63,955 nt of DNA, filler included, from 9 parts of 9 records of this genome joined end to end with filler, not necessarily neighbours in it, one strand, 5' to 3'. Shown: positions 20,852-31,695, counted from the first letter of the whole stretch. The notes: generated from the sequence alone by a model not told the origin. A program made the numbers and translations.

Positions 20852-23671
20852 CTATTTCAGGAGAAGCATTTTCCGGGTCTCAACATGTCTGCCGGAGGTC
20901 AGTTTGTACATGTAAACCCCGCTAGCCAATCCTGAGGCGTCAAAGCGTTTGCTGTAAGTCCCCATTGATTGATATTCATTAACCAGTGTCATGACACGAT
21001 GACCTGTGATATCATATATATCAAGTTTGACATTCGCATCACGTGTTAACACATAATCTATCGTTGTTACCGGATTAAATGGATTCGGATAATTTTGTTT
21101 TAACTCAAATGCGGCAGGAACGATGTTGTCCAAACCGACTTCCAGCGTATCCAATGCAACGCTTGAATATATACGATATTCACCCGGTGCAAGAGAAATA
21201 CCTGCATTAACGTCACTGACGTTCATTTCATCACGAGTAAAATATTCATACCAGGTGCCGGTATTATGGAATGCCGGTGTAGCAGTTTGGGTGACTACAT
21301 CAAAGTTACCCAGAACTACAACGTTTATCCCATCTTGAGATAGTTTTAAGCGTTTTGTAGCAACATTGTTACCGACATATTGGTCAACTGAATTTGCCGC
21401 AGAAAAAACCGGATAGGTTTTGCGCAGAAAGTTCATTGCCGAAAACAATTCATAAACATCATGACGATCTTCATCATTGAAATAATCCCATCTGATGGGT
21501 TTTTTACCTGTCCGGCCATTATAATCGATGGAATAGTTATAGCCCAATTCACCAAATTGCCAGATCATCTTAGGTCCCGGGATACTCAGAAAAAATACGG
21601 CCGCCAGTTCAACACGATCCAAACCGGTATCTTCAGTTTTAATCTGGTATGTACCACTACCATTGCCATATTCTTTATTTCTATACATCATACGTTCTTC
21701 ATCATGACTTTCCATATAACCGACAAGATGGCGCCAACTCCAGCCGCGAGACCCATGGTAAACACCACCCAGATCGGAAGAACCCAAATATCCCATACTG
21801 GCTTCACAATAATTATGATTTCCATTGCCCCAGAGCATCATACCGTAATTTGAAAGATCGATCTCTTCGCTATTATCAGAGAAGTGTTCAAGGATAATAT
21901 ACGCGCTGGGATCTGTTTCCCATATTTTATCTGCCATACGTTTTAGAATTGCAACACGGGAAGCATCATAGTTGCCCCAATATCCAACATCAGAGCCGGA
22001 ATTCGTTTGAGTAAAACCTTTTGAGAGGTCAAAACGATAGCCGTCTACATGATATTCTTCCAGCCAAAATTTATTGACTCTGTCCAGAACATATTTTGTA
22101 TGGATACTCTCATGATCAGCATCATTAAAAACATTGAAAGGATGTTTAGCTACAGTATTGAACCAGGGATTCGCTGAAGTAGGTGACCCATAAGTACCTT
22201 CGTTGTATAAACGAACCATGGGGTTTTGGCCGGTAGCATGATTGTAAACCACATCCAAGATCACAGCAATGCCATTCTCGTGGCAGGTATTGACAAATTC
22301 TTTGAACTTTTGAGCTGTTCCATAATATTTATCCAAAGCAAAATAAAAAGAAGGATTGTAACCCCAGCTTTCATTACCTTCGAACTCACAGACCGGCATT
22401 AATTCTATTGCTGTAATGCCAAGATCCTTAAAATAATCCATTTTATCGATTAGTGATTGATAAGAATGCTCATATGTAAAATCACGTAATAACAATTCAT
22501 AGACCACTAGATCGTCTTTAGCAGGCTTTTGCCACTCATCATCCGTCCAACTAAAGGCATACGGGGTCGGATCAAAAACACCCACCGGGAAATTGGTTTT
22601 GCCGGCAGGATAAGGCTTTAGATCAGGATAAACTACATCGGAAATATATCTATCGTTCCAGGGATCAAGGATAAGTTCACTGTAGCCATCGGCTACTCTG
22701 ATCTCACCATCCACATAGTACTGAAATCCCTGCAAACTGTCGGGAAGGTCATCCAAAGTAATCCAGAAAACAGTGGAATCAAAATTCCGCACATCTTTTT
22801 TCATCTGGTATGCCGCATCGATCTCCCAATTATTGAAATCACCGATCAAATAGACAAAATTCTTATAGGGTGCAAAGAGTGAAAATGAGATACTGTTCCC
22901 GTCTATCGTGATACCGTCCTGTATACCAGCGGGACGCGCTGCTTCATTGGCTGAATGCACAGCAATACAGACAACATCAGCTGTATCATATTCGCTATCC
23001 TTATCGGCAATGGCATAAATATAATTCATACCTGCTATAAAATCTCCGGAAGCAATATCGTATTCCAGAGTATCGGAATCTTGGTTTGCGGCAACCTGAA
23101 CATCATTAAAGAACAATTTAATATTGTCAGCTGTTTCATTTGTTGCTGCGATCACATTGACCGTACTGGTATCTCCATCATATCTAAATAGCGGTGAACG
23201 TTCCGCAATATTGAATTCAATGCTGTTGGAAGGATTCAAGATCGCCGCTGCAAAAGCGGGTTCGTGCATGGTTATGAAAAGATCTTCACTTTGAATACTT
23301 GCTGTACTGTTCCTGAAAACAAATGCCAATTGGAGGATTTTTTCCGTTTCAGGTGCTGAATAATATTCATGGGGATAGCCGATAACGATCTTATAAAAAT
23401 CTGTAGAAATTCTTGTTAATTTATTCTTTTCTACATTCGTGCTGGGCCAATCCGTCCAGACGTGCTGCCAATCGGTTTCACCCTCAATGATCACACCAGT
23501 ATGAGTGTAGAGATCTCCGGTAAAGCCCATAAGTGCCTGATTACCTTTTGTGGCATCAAAATATACAACAATTGAATCATACTCCGTTGCAAAAGCCGGT
23601 TCAGAATAAACGGCGTTTTGTGCAAATGCAAATACAGCTAAAACGCATAATAGACATGCTATCTTTTTCAT
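20852..23671 (-). CDS. Secreted GH13 alpha-amylase with C-terminal T9SS/FlgD-type sorting domain
   Basis: Signal peptide; IELMPV, WGYNP, LDVVYNH, DGYRFDLSKG, ILEH, ESHDEER; tail QNYPNPFNPVTTI...SGVYMY...KMLLLK. Confidence 0.92.
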   Translation of the reverse strand: MKKIACLLCVLAVFAFAQNAVYSEPAFATEYDSIVVYFDATKGNQALMGFTGDLYTHTGVIIEGETDWQHVWTDWPSTNVEKNKLTRISTDFYKIVIGYPHEYYSAPETEKILQLAFVFRNSTASIQSEDLFITMHEPAFAAAILNPSNSIEFNIAERSPLFRYDGDTSTVNVIAATNETADNIKLFFNDVQVAANQDSDTLEYDIASGDFIAGMNYIYAIADKDSEYDTADVVCIAVHSANEAARPAGIQDGITIDGNSISFSLFAPYKNFVYLIGDFNNWEIDAAYQMKKDVRNFDSTVFWITLDDLPDSLQGFQYYVDGEIRVADGYSELILDPWNDRYISDVVYPDLKPYPAGKTNFPVGVFDPTPYAFSWTDDEWQKPAKDDLVVYELLLRDFTYEHSYQSLIDKMDYFKDLGITAIELMPVCEFEGNESWGYNPSFYFALDKYYGTAQKFKEFVNTCHENGIAVILDVVYNHATGQNPMVRLYNEGTYGSPTSANPWFNTVAKHPFNVFNDADHESIHTKYVLDRVNKFWLEEYHVDGYRFDLSKGFTQTNSGSDVGYWGNYDASRVAILKRMADKIWETDPSAYIILEHFSDNSEEIDLSNYGMMLWGNGNHNYCEASMGYLGSSDLGGVYHGSRGWSWRHLVGYMESHDEERMMYRNKEYGNGSGTYQIKTEDTGLDRVELAAVFFLSIPGPKMIWQFGELGYNYSIDYNGRTGKKPIRWDYFNDEDRHDVYELFSAMNFLRKTYPVFSAANSVDQYVGNNVATKRLKLSQDGINVVVLGNFDVVTQTATPAFHNTGTWYEYFTRDEMNVSDVNAGISLAPGEYRIYSSVALDTLEVGLDNIVPAAFELKQNYPNPFNPVTTIDYVLTRDANVKLDIYDITGHRVMTLVNEYQSMGTYSKRFDASGLASGVYMYKLTSGRHVETRKMLLLK

Positions 23672-23856
23672 CTTTTTGTTCCTTGTGCAGTATCGATTAG
23701 TATAGAGTATATATTATGAATTTTCAGGAGATTATTCAAGAAAAAACAATATAAACAAGAAGTTAGAAGTCAGAATTCAGAATATTGTAAGTGTTCTTGT
23801 ATGATTGTGGCTTCGAACCCATATATTCAGTAAAATATCAAATGAATATGTATAAT

Positions 23857-23872
23857 TGTGACAGTCATCACA
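23857..23872. promoter_or_regulatory. CRP/FNR-family-type binding site
   Basis: TGTGA-CAGTCA-TCACA, an exact TGTGA-N6-TCACA core between two divergent genes. Confidence 0.5.
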
Positions 23873-23950
23873 GTTCATTTTTGCAACTTGAAAAACGCAA
23901 TTTTCTTTTCTATTTTCCTTTGACGAAATAATTAAATACGGGGGACAATT

Positions 23951-24424
23951 ATGAGCAATCACATCGCTTATCATGTCATGTTGCGTGCTTTGCATGGTGA
24001 CAAAGAGATCAATCTGAAAGACGACAGACTGGTCAAACACATTTCAAAGATCCTAAAAGAGAACAATTGTCATGAGTATAGTCTGGGCGCCAGATACGAT
24101 CAAGTCAATATCTTGTTTTCTCTTGATCCGGAGCTTGCTTTGAATGATCTATTAAAAACGATCTGTACATCTGCAGAGACGTTGATCAGAGAAGAATTGA
24201 AGATCGACAATTTCAATGGGTGGAACAAGGATCACATCATTTTTACCCACAGTACGAGTTTCATGAGGCATATCATTGATTTCATCAATGCTGATGACGA
24301 AGAGTATCAGCAAGAACGAATGGCAAGAGAAGCCGAATTCTATGATAGAGCAAAAAGAGGCTGGCTATTCGATGATCTGGATCCTGAATTTGATGATCTG
24401 ATCTTGCTTGATGCGGAAAAGTAA
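23951..24424 (+). CDS. IS200/RAYT-like Y1 HUH transposase homolog with degenerate catalytic residues
   Basis: Aligns by eye to TnpA (YHVML ~ YHIVF; KENNCHEY; DQVNIL ~ DHIHIL; LNDLLKTI; GWNKDH ~ WQEGY; IIDFINA ~ VINYIKN). ORF is intact with a GGGGA RBS. Confidence 0.65.
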   Translation: MSNHIAYHVMLRALHGDKEINLKDDRLVKHISKILKENNCHEYSLGARYDQVNILFSLDPELALNDLLKTICTSAETLIREELKIDNFNGWNKDHIIFTHSTSFMRHIIDFINADDEEYQQERMAREAEFYDRAKRGWLFDDLDPEFDDLILLDAEK

Positions 24425-24430
24425 ACTCTG

Positions 24431-24603
24431 ATTGAACTGCGCTGCGGTTCAATATATAAGATGTACATAATTCTATCACAGTTAAACCGCTCTGCGGTTT
24501 AACTATGATGATTTAAATTATCTTGATGAATCCCCAGAGGGGATGGACTACAATAGATTAAATTCGCCTCAAATTTCCCGAACCGCAGCGCGGTACTACA
24601 ATA
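24431..24603. repeat. Array of four REP-like hairpins, about 49-nt period
   Basis: ATTGAACTGC-gct-GCGGTTCAAT, AGTTAAACCGC-tct-GCGGTTTAACT, ATCCCC-aga-GGGGAT and ACCGC-agc-GCGGT. All have 3-nt loops; the last two are followed by ACTACAATA. Confidence 0.7.
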
Positions 24604-24681
24604 TCTTTTTGCCACCTTCAAATTAAATTATTATATTTTCTTCGATTTGGGATAATTAAACACAGGATAGGGAGATTCACC

Positions 24682-25548
24682 ATGTCACCACTTCAGACAA
24701 CACTAGCTATTTTAGGTATTTCAATTATTGTATCATTCTTTTATGGGCTTTTAACCCGAAACTACTCCACAGTTGACAGACTTTGGTCGATATTACCGGG
24801 GGTTTATGTTTTGGTCTGGATGCAAGATTTTCATGATAACCCACGTTTTATCATTGGATCCATTCTGATCATTGCATGGGCAATTAGATTATCATTGAAT
24901 TTTGCTCGACGCGGTGGATACAATTTCAGTTTCAAGAAGGGATTTACCGAAGAAGATTATCGTTGGCCGGTCCTTAAAGAAAAAATTCCGAATCGCTTTC
25001 TTTTTGAACTTTTCAATTTAGTATTTATTTCCACTTTCCAGTTGGGTCTGGTATTTATGATTACCTTGCCAATGTATTATGTTGGCTTAAGTAACAAACC
25101 ACTGAATGTGGTCGACTTTATCCTCTTTGCTTTTCATCTAATATTTCTGGTCGGTGAAACTGCAGCGGATAACCAACAATATAAATATTACACTGAGCGT
25201 GATAGCGGTAAATTTATGGATAGTCCACGTCACCAGTTGGGGTTTAATACTTTTGGGCTCTGGAAAATATCCCGCCATCCCAACTACTCATTAGAAATGA
25301 GCCAATGGCTAATGGTTGCACTTTATGCTATGAATGCGGTATCTGGTTTTCATTGGACTACTGTGGGCATTGCAGTTCTTATTGCACTTTTTGTTGGAAG
25401 CACGGGATTTGCACAGTCAATTACCAGAACCAAATACCCACGCTATGACGAATGGTGTAAAGCCTCTTCAGCTTGGATGCCCTTTTGGGGTGCTTTTAAA
25501 CAAGCCCGAAATCGAAAAGAGTTTATGAAATCATTAGAAATAACTTGA
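24682..25548 (+). CDS. DUF1295 family (steroid 5-alpha reductase-like) membrane protein
   Basis: NYSTVDRLWSILP, EDYRW, ETAADNQQ, GLWKISRHPNY. Confidence 0.88.
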   Translation: MSPLQTTLAILGISIIVSFFYGLLTRNYSTVDRLWSILPGVYVLVWMQDFHDNPRFIIGSILIIAWAIRLSLNFARRGGYNFSFKKGFTEEDYRWPVLKEKIPNRFLFELFNLVFISTFQLGLVFMITLPMYYVGLSNKPLNVVDFILFAFHLIFLVGETAADNQQYKYYTERDSGKFMDSPRHQLGFNTFGLWKISRHPNYSLEMSQWLMVALYAMNAVSGFHWTTVGIAVLIALFVGSTGFAQSITRTKYPRYDEWCKASSAWMPFWGAFKQARNRKEFMKSLEIT

Positions 25549-25661
25549 GAATAATTACTTCCAATTTTAAATACCAAGTATTCTCTATTTGTTATACATA
25601 TTGCTTTGCTGCAAATTAAAGTGTAATTTTTATTGTTAATTAAATTACTTGGAGAAAAAAC

Positions 25662-26300
25662 ATGAAAACTTTAAAAAGTTTTGTAATAATTATTACTCTA
25701 ATTATTATTTTAACAGGAAAAATTTATTCACAAAATACACAAAATGAAAGTTTATCTCAAAACTCAAAAACATATGTTTTGTCTGAGTCAGAAATTGAGT
25801 ATAGAACTACTGACTGGGATAGTCGTCTGCTGACAAGTCCAAATAGCAATAGTGTATTAACGCGCATACCGGAAAACACAAAACTAATCATTTTGGAAAA
25901 AAGGGGAGTTCAACAAGGTAGAATGTTAAATGGGTGGTATAAAGTGCAATACAATGGATACACTGGATGGACAAGTGGATGGAATATGAAAGAAGAAGAA
26001 GAGCTCATTATTTGTTCAACAGAAGAAATGGAATTGAATTATATTAAGCAAATTGGGGAAATGCCTTATAATAATACCCTCACTGGTAAAATAAAAATTA
26101 TTGATGAATGGCTAAAAAACAATGTAAATGATTCAAAAAGCATAAAATATATTCAATGGTACAAACCCTATATTATGAATAATTCTTGGAATTGTAGAGT
26201 TGATTTTATTTCAAATAATATTTTAGGTAAACCAGTTACAACAAATAAGATCTTTCAAATAAGAAATATGAAAATTATTGATGTTTTTGATCTGAATTAA
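25662..26300 (+). CDS. Exported SH3b-domain protein
   Basis: Signal peptide; SPNSNSVLTRIP...WYKVQYNGYTGW. Markedly AT-rich. Confidence 0.7.
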   Translation: MKTLKSFVIIITLIIILTGKIYSQNTQNESLSQNSKTYVLSESEIEYRTTDWDSRLLTSPNSNSVLTRIPENTKLIILEKRGVQQGRMLNGWYKVQYNGYTGWTSGWNMKEEEELIICSTEEMELNYIKQIGEMPYNNTLTGKIKIIDEWLKNNVNDSKSIKYIQWYKPYIMNNSWNCRVDFISNNILGKPVTTNKIFQIRNMKIIDVFDLN

Positions 26301-26839
26301 TGTGATGAATAATTAATAAGAACTACTAATAATTAGAAACAATTTATTTTAACAAAATCAACAGAGATATGCCATGGCAATTCTTTACTTATATCTTTCA
26401 CTTTAATTGCATCACTCTGTAGCGTAATCCAACAAAGAAAGTTCAATAAAAAAAGAGCTCNNNNNNNNNNNNNNNNNNNNNNNNNNNNNNNNNNNNNNNN
26501 NNNNTTAATTAATTAANNNNNNNNNNNNNNNNNNNNNNNNNNNNNNNNNNNNNNNNNNNNAAATAAACTCTCAGACAACTATACTCATTATGAACAATTA
26601 AGGTTTCAAAAGAGTTATTAATAACAAAATAGGCAATTTTATGGACAATAGCAATTGAAAATGGCAACTGGAACCCATGTTAGCCGGACCCTGCAAAAGT
26701 GTACTTTACCGTCGAGAAAGACTGCGTTGCTTTGCAGAAAAGACTCACTATTTTTAGTTTTTTTGATTCAAAATGCATTATATGAGAATAAAATCTCGGA
26801 AAACAGGGAGTTTATTATGTTGAATACAACACTTATCCG

Positions 26840-27700
26840 TCAGGCACATCTCTCTACCTTATTCTTACCGGTAGACTTGGCCTTGTACAACGCCTTGTCA
26901 GTCTGTCGAACCAATTCAGATGCCGTTGTAACGTCGGGATCACGGATGCAGGATACCCCTATACTCACAGTGATAGTGGGATCGCTTTTTGCAAAGCACC
27001 GGCTCACATCTTTGTGCAATCTATACGCCATAACAGTGGCTTGCTCGATTGATGTTTCCGGGAAAATGATCGCTATCTCCTCACCTCCGTATCGAGCAGG
27101 AAAGTCGGCTTTTCGGATGCTGTTCAGAACCACCTTACCGATCCTGCGCAGCACCTGGTCACCAATCGGATGCCCCCAATGATCATTTACCTGCTTAAAG
27201 TCATCAATATCCAATAAAAGAACAGAGAGGGCTTTTTCGTATCTGAGATGTTCCCGAACCATGCGCTCCAGTGAGAAATCGAACACACCCCGTAGATATA
27301 GACCTGTTAAAGAATCGCGCGTGGCCATATCTGCGGCTTCTTCTAGCCGCACATCATCTATGATCTTGGGACTCTTAATGTCTCCAGAGATGTTAGAAAG
27401 ATAATCCAACGCGGCAACAAGTACGCCCACGTCGCGACCGAGTCGCTTGCCAAGGCTTGCCCTATGCGCGACTATTTGGTTCCACAAGGTAGCGGCTTTC
27501 TCTTCAATATATATTTCATGAGTCAGTCGAAAAATGAGCTCTGAGAAGGTATTGGCAATAGAAGACTCCAGATATTGTTTCAGTAACGCTGGATGATCGC
27601 ATAGTGCGCCGATCGAATCCGAGGTAAGCCGTTCCTTGGATTCAATGTCGACTAACTTTTGAGAGGTCTCTTCACCTGAGTGTGAGTTCTTTTTATTCAT
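26840..27700 (-). CDS. Diguanylate cyclase (GGDEF)
   Basis: DSLTGL, DIDDFKQVND, GHPIGD, RKAD I-site, RYGGEEI, ALYKAK. Confidence 0.92.
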   Translation of the reverse strand: MNKKNSHSGEETSQKLVDIESKERLTSDSIGALCDHPALLKQYLESSIANTFSELIFRLTHEIYIEEKAATLWNQIVAHRASLGKRLGRDVGVLVAALDYLSNISGDIKSPKIIDDVRLEEAADMATRDSLTGLYLRGVFDFSLERMVREHLRYEKALSVLLLDIDDFKQVNDHWGHPIGDQVLRRIGKVVLNSIRKADFPARYGGEEIAIIFPETSIEQATVMAYRLHKDVSRCFAKSDPTITVSIGVSCIRDPDVTTASELVRQTDKALYKAKSTGKNKVERCA

Positions 27701-28215
27701 GCGATTCCCTCGTGTCGTGCCTGGCATACAGTTTATAGTTTAGCCAATGAATGTATTTATCTTCCCATATTGGAAAACAAGGTCTAATATTAAAAGACAA
27801 CCAATAAGGTTCTATTATTTGCTACAAAGAGATTAATGATTAAAACCTCAACAAAAAAAATCCCGTACATTGAACCGGGATTCAGTGTTTAACGACTAAA
27901 ATGCCAAATACACGTTATGTCAACCCGATTTCAAACCGTTTCCATAGAATGTGATTAAAACTGCCATAGGAGGGGAAGAAAATGTATGCAAAACAAAAAA
28001 AGCGGTGAAAAGAGACAACGTCAACAACCTTTTTACGCCATAAAACAAAGTGTCCATAAGAGCACCCCTGCCCACATGTGCAACAACTAAAATAGGATTT
28101 ATCTTTTTTACCTGAACACACAGAAAAACAGGAAAATTTCCATGTTACCTGCTATTCTTTATTGCTTTTTTTCTCTTTCCACGATCCTCCTGCCACATTG
28201 CCAACTACTCACTGC

Positions 28216-29329
28216 CTACTGTCTCTCCACCGGATTCCAGATCACTAACCCCATATGATACCGATCATGCCCCTCTATTTTCCGCGCATAATAGGCTGTC
28301 ACCACCTGGCCATCAGCGAGCTGAACACTACTCGGGTAACCACCGTCACGCTGAAAATCCACCACGCGAATGGGTTGACTCCAGTTTTCCCCCTCATCGT
28401 CGCTGAAACAAACGTCAACACCTTTGGGTTTCAATCTGTTACCATACGACAGCAGCAAACGCCCGTCTTTTAACCGGGTCAAATGCCCGGGATGCTGCTG
28501 TTCACCCGTAAGTTTACGTGAATGGTCCCAGGTAATGGCATCGTCTACCGAGGAATAGAGGTCCAGGCCATTGAGGCGGGCTGCCGCAAGCCATTTACCT
28601 TTCCCCAAATGAAACAGGGCAGGTTCGTGTATAACCACATCCTTGCTGATCGCAACCGGAGCACCCCACGTTATTCCATCATCACGGCTGCGGTAAACAA
28701 ATCCCGATCCGGACGCACCGCCATAAAGTCCGACACACAGCGATCCATCATTTGCCTGCAGAATATCACCGAATGGCACCAGGTAACCATCAGGAGAGGC
28801 TTCTGTTCGTCCAACCTCCGGCCACTTTTCCGGAAAAGCATCCGCGTTTATGGTCCAGGTAATTCCGCCGTCACTGGAACGGCTGACCAGAGGACATAAT
28901 TCCTCCCCGATCCTCGGCAACCGGATCTGACCACCCGGAGGTGATCACAAGCAGATCACCATTTCGCGCCAGACCTGCTGCCACATTCCCCCTGGCCACG
29001 CGCTCATTATCACGGGGTGCCGGAGTGCCGCGCTTTTCCCATGTATGGCCATTATCTGTACTGGCCCAGCACTCAGCATCAGCAGGTTGTTTCAGGTGAC
29101 TCGGTTGATTGTGAATAACAGCAGCAATCGTCCCATCCGGTAACAAGGTCAGATTCGGCCAGGCGCACACATTATCCACCGCAATGATGGGCCTTGGTTT
29201 TTTGCCATTTTTATCCTGAACATAATTCCGCTTCCCTTCATTTTCCGTACATCCCGTCACCAGCAATAGACTAAAAACAAATAAAAGACGCAGTTTTTTC
29301 GCTTTAACAGCACAACTCAAAAAATACAT
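28216..29329 (-). CDS. Sialidase-family / BNR Asp-box repeat lipoprotein, frameshift near 28900
   Basis: LVTGC lipobox; Asp-boxes STDNGHTW, SSDGGITW, SRDDGITW, SVDDAITW, SDDEGENW; GGYPSSVQL. Confidence 0.8.
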
Positions 29330-29541
29330 TCGGCAGCTCCTCTTCTTTGTCTCTACATTATTGATACGTTTTATATCTTTTTCTTTATTAAAAAAAGATC
29401 ATCATTTTGTTTGTGATGCGCAAGGATAATTATATAAAATTCAATGTAAATTGGTCCTGCAAAGGATAGGTTTCTTTGATGAAAGGGATTTCACAGCAGA
29501 AAAGTTGTGGATATTTGATCCATCCTACTCACTTTCATGGT

Positions 29542-30518
29542 CTATTGATTGATGAAATAGGAATATAATAGTTTAATTAAAGTTTGATATCTGGGAAAAC
29601 TGTATTTTTTAACCGAACTCAAAGAAAATAATTTACCAGTTTTGATGGCATCGGCAGCTAAAATCCCACTCTTGACCGCAGAACCGATGCCCTCCCCCAT
29701 ATCTTTGGTTGCCAATCCTGCAGCGTCCCCAATGAGAAATAAACGATCCATTTGTGCAGCATCGACACTATTTCTGATATAATAATTATATCCTCTGGCA
29801 TTGAATTGATGGTTCTTAACAAGTGAAAGCCGTTCCAGTTCTTTCATAAAAAAGTCCCATTGATTTTTTATAGTGTCTTTATTGGCTTTTAATTTTTCAA
29901 AAAAACCGCCAATGCCGACATTTAAATAACCGTCGTTTTTGGGTACATACCAGGAATAACCGGGAAGCCCCTTTTGAAAAAACCAGAGATGACAGTTTTT
30001 ATCCTCATAATCATAAGGAAATTCTTCCTCAAGAGTTACGACGAGTAAATCTTTGGCCCGGGGATTTATCTGCTTGAAAAGGTTCGATATGCCGGACAAT
30101 ACGTGCCGCCTGCTCCAACTAAATAATCACAGCAATATTGATCATCAAGGACATAACGATCACCACTTTTTTTTATTTCTTTCACTTCATGTTTGTGTAC
30201 TGTAACACCGGATCGTTCCAAAAGCCAATCATCAAACTCAACTCTTTTAATAGCATATTGGTTGACTTTGATTTTTAACTCTTTGCGGTATAGATGAACG
30301 TGAAATTTCTTAAAATTCACCAGACCAAATGGATAATCATTTACATTGATCTCCAAATCACTGATGACCTTAGGTGTTATCCAGCCTGCGCATAATTTTG
30401 GTCTGGGAAAGTCCTGTTTGTCGAGAATTAAACAGTCAATGTTGTTTTGTCTTAATTTCCACCCACAAGTAGAGCCTGCAGGACCGCCACCAACGACAAT
30501 GACTTTTGAATAGATCAT
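29542..30518 (-). CDS. Geranylgeranyl reductase-family FAD oxidoreductase, frameshift near 30095
   Basis: VVGGGPAGS, FPRPKLCAGWI, RVEFD; GYSWYVPK, NVGIG, IGDAAGL...GEGI. Confidence 0.85.
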
Positions 30519-30582
30519 ATTTTGCCAGGTTTGTTTTATTCGGTAAGTTTATTAAGGTTTTAAACTTTCAGGTTACTGCTTA

Positions 30583-31695
30583 TCAGCTGATTCGACAAGC
30601 CGGTTGCTGCCTGCCTGTTTTGGTCATGACTATTTGCCATAATTGCTGCTCTCGTGATCTAAAAGCACCTGCACTGCTCAGCAGATAAAACCGCCACATC
30701 CGGTAAAAACGGTCGCCATACTTTTCTTTCAATTCTGGCCAGGCATTATCAAAGTTTTGATACCAGGCCATTAAAGTTTTATCGTAATCCGGCCCAAAAT
30801 TGTGCCAGTCTTCCATAACAAATAATCCCTCCATAGCTCTGGCTGTCTGGGCGATTGACGGCAGCATTCCATTAGGAAAGATATATTTATCGGTCCATCT
30901 ATTTATAAACGTGGTGCTTATATTACTGCCAATAGTATGGACAAAACCGATGCCATCTTCTTTCAGGCAACGATGTACGACATGCATATAGTCCCGGTAA
31001 TTCTTATAACCCACATGCTCAAGGATACCAATGGAAATAACTGCATCGTATTTCCCATCTACTTCCCGGTAATCTTGCAGCAGCAGCTCTACCGGTAAGC
31101 CCTTACATAATTCACGGCCAAGCTGAACCTGTTCTTTGGATATGTTGACAGCCACTACGTGAGCGCCATATTTTTCAGCCGCGTATTTGGCAAAGCTGCC
31201 CCAACCGCAGCCTAATTCCAGCACATTCATCCCTGGTTTGAGATTGATTTTTTTACAAACCAGGTCTAACTTGGCCTCCTGCGCCTGATCCAGGGTATCT
31301 GCATTTTTCCAGTAGGCACACGTATAGTTTAATCTGCTATCGAGCATGGCTTGATATAAATCGTTTCCCAGGTCATAATGCTGCTCGCCAACCTGATGGG
31401 ATCGCGATTTTGTCTGTCGATTCGTGAGTTTTGTTGCCAGGATATAGATTAATGCTTTCCAATTTCCCTTTACTTTCTTATCAAGCTTTGCCTTGAGAGC
31501 CTTGTTAATAAATTCATCCAGAGCCTCACAATCCCACCAACCCTCCATATAAGATTCACCCAATCCCAAATCTGCTTCACTGAGGACGCGTTGATAGAAC
31601 CGCTCATCATGGACCTGTATGTCCCATGGCTTGTTGCCATTAACGGTAATACCTGCTTTTGATAACAAGTCTGATATTATTTTTTTTGCTTTCAT
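30583..31695 (-). CDS. cfa: Cyclopropane fatty acid synthase-family SAM methyltransferase
   Basis: LGLGESYMEGWWDC, HYDLGNDLY, LELGCGWG, EHVG, YIFPNG, YDKTLMAW. Confidence 0.92.
   Translation of the reverse strand: MKAKKIISDLLSKAGITVNGNKPWDIQVHDERFYQRVLSEADLGLGESYMEGWWDCEALDEFINKALKAKLDKKVKGNWKALIYILATKLTNRQTKSRSHQVGEQHYDLGNDLYQAMLDSRLNYTCAYWKNADTLDQAQEAKLDLVCKKINLKPGMNVLELGCGWGSFAKYAAEKYGAHVVAVNISKEQVQLGRELCKGLPVELLLQDYREVDGKYDAVISIGILEHVGYKNYRDYMHVVHRCLKEDGIGFVHTIGSNISTTFINRWTDKYIFPNGMLPSIAQTARAMEGLFVMEDWHNFGPDYDKTLMAWYQNFDNAWPELKEKYGDRFYRMWRFYLLSSAGAFRSREQQLWQIVMTKTGRQQPACRIS

Noticed and set aside
24431-24603. Hairpin array as a CRISPR array
   Set aside because: The units are not near-identical direct repeats, the period is shorter than typical, and no cas genes are present.
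26561-27800. GGDEF gene as an integron cassette
   Set aside because: No convincing attC (RYYYAAC...GTTRRRY with a paired stem) and no integrase.
27915-28121. Cys-rich 68-aa ORF as a possible RiPP precursor or metal-binding peptide
   Set aside because: It has a GTG start without a clear RBS, lies in AT-rich intergenic sequence, and has no modifying enzymes nearby.
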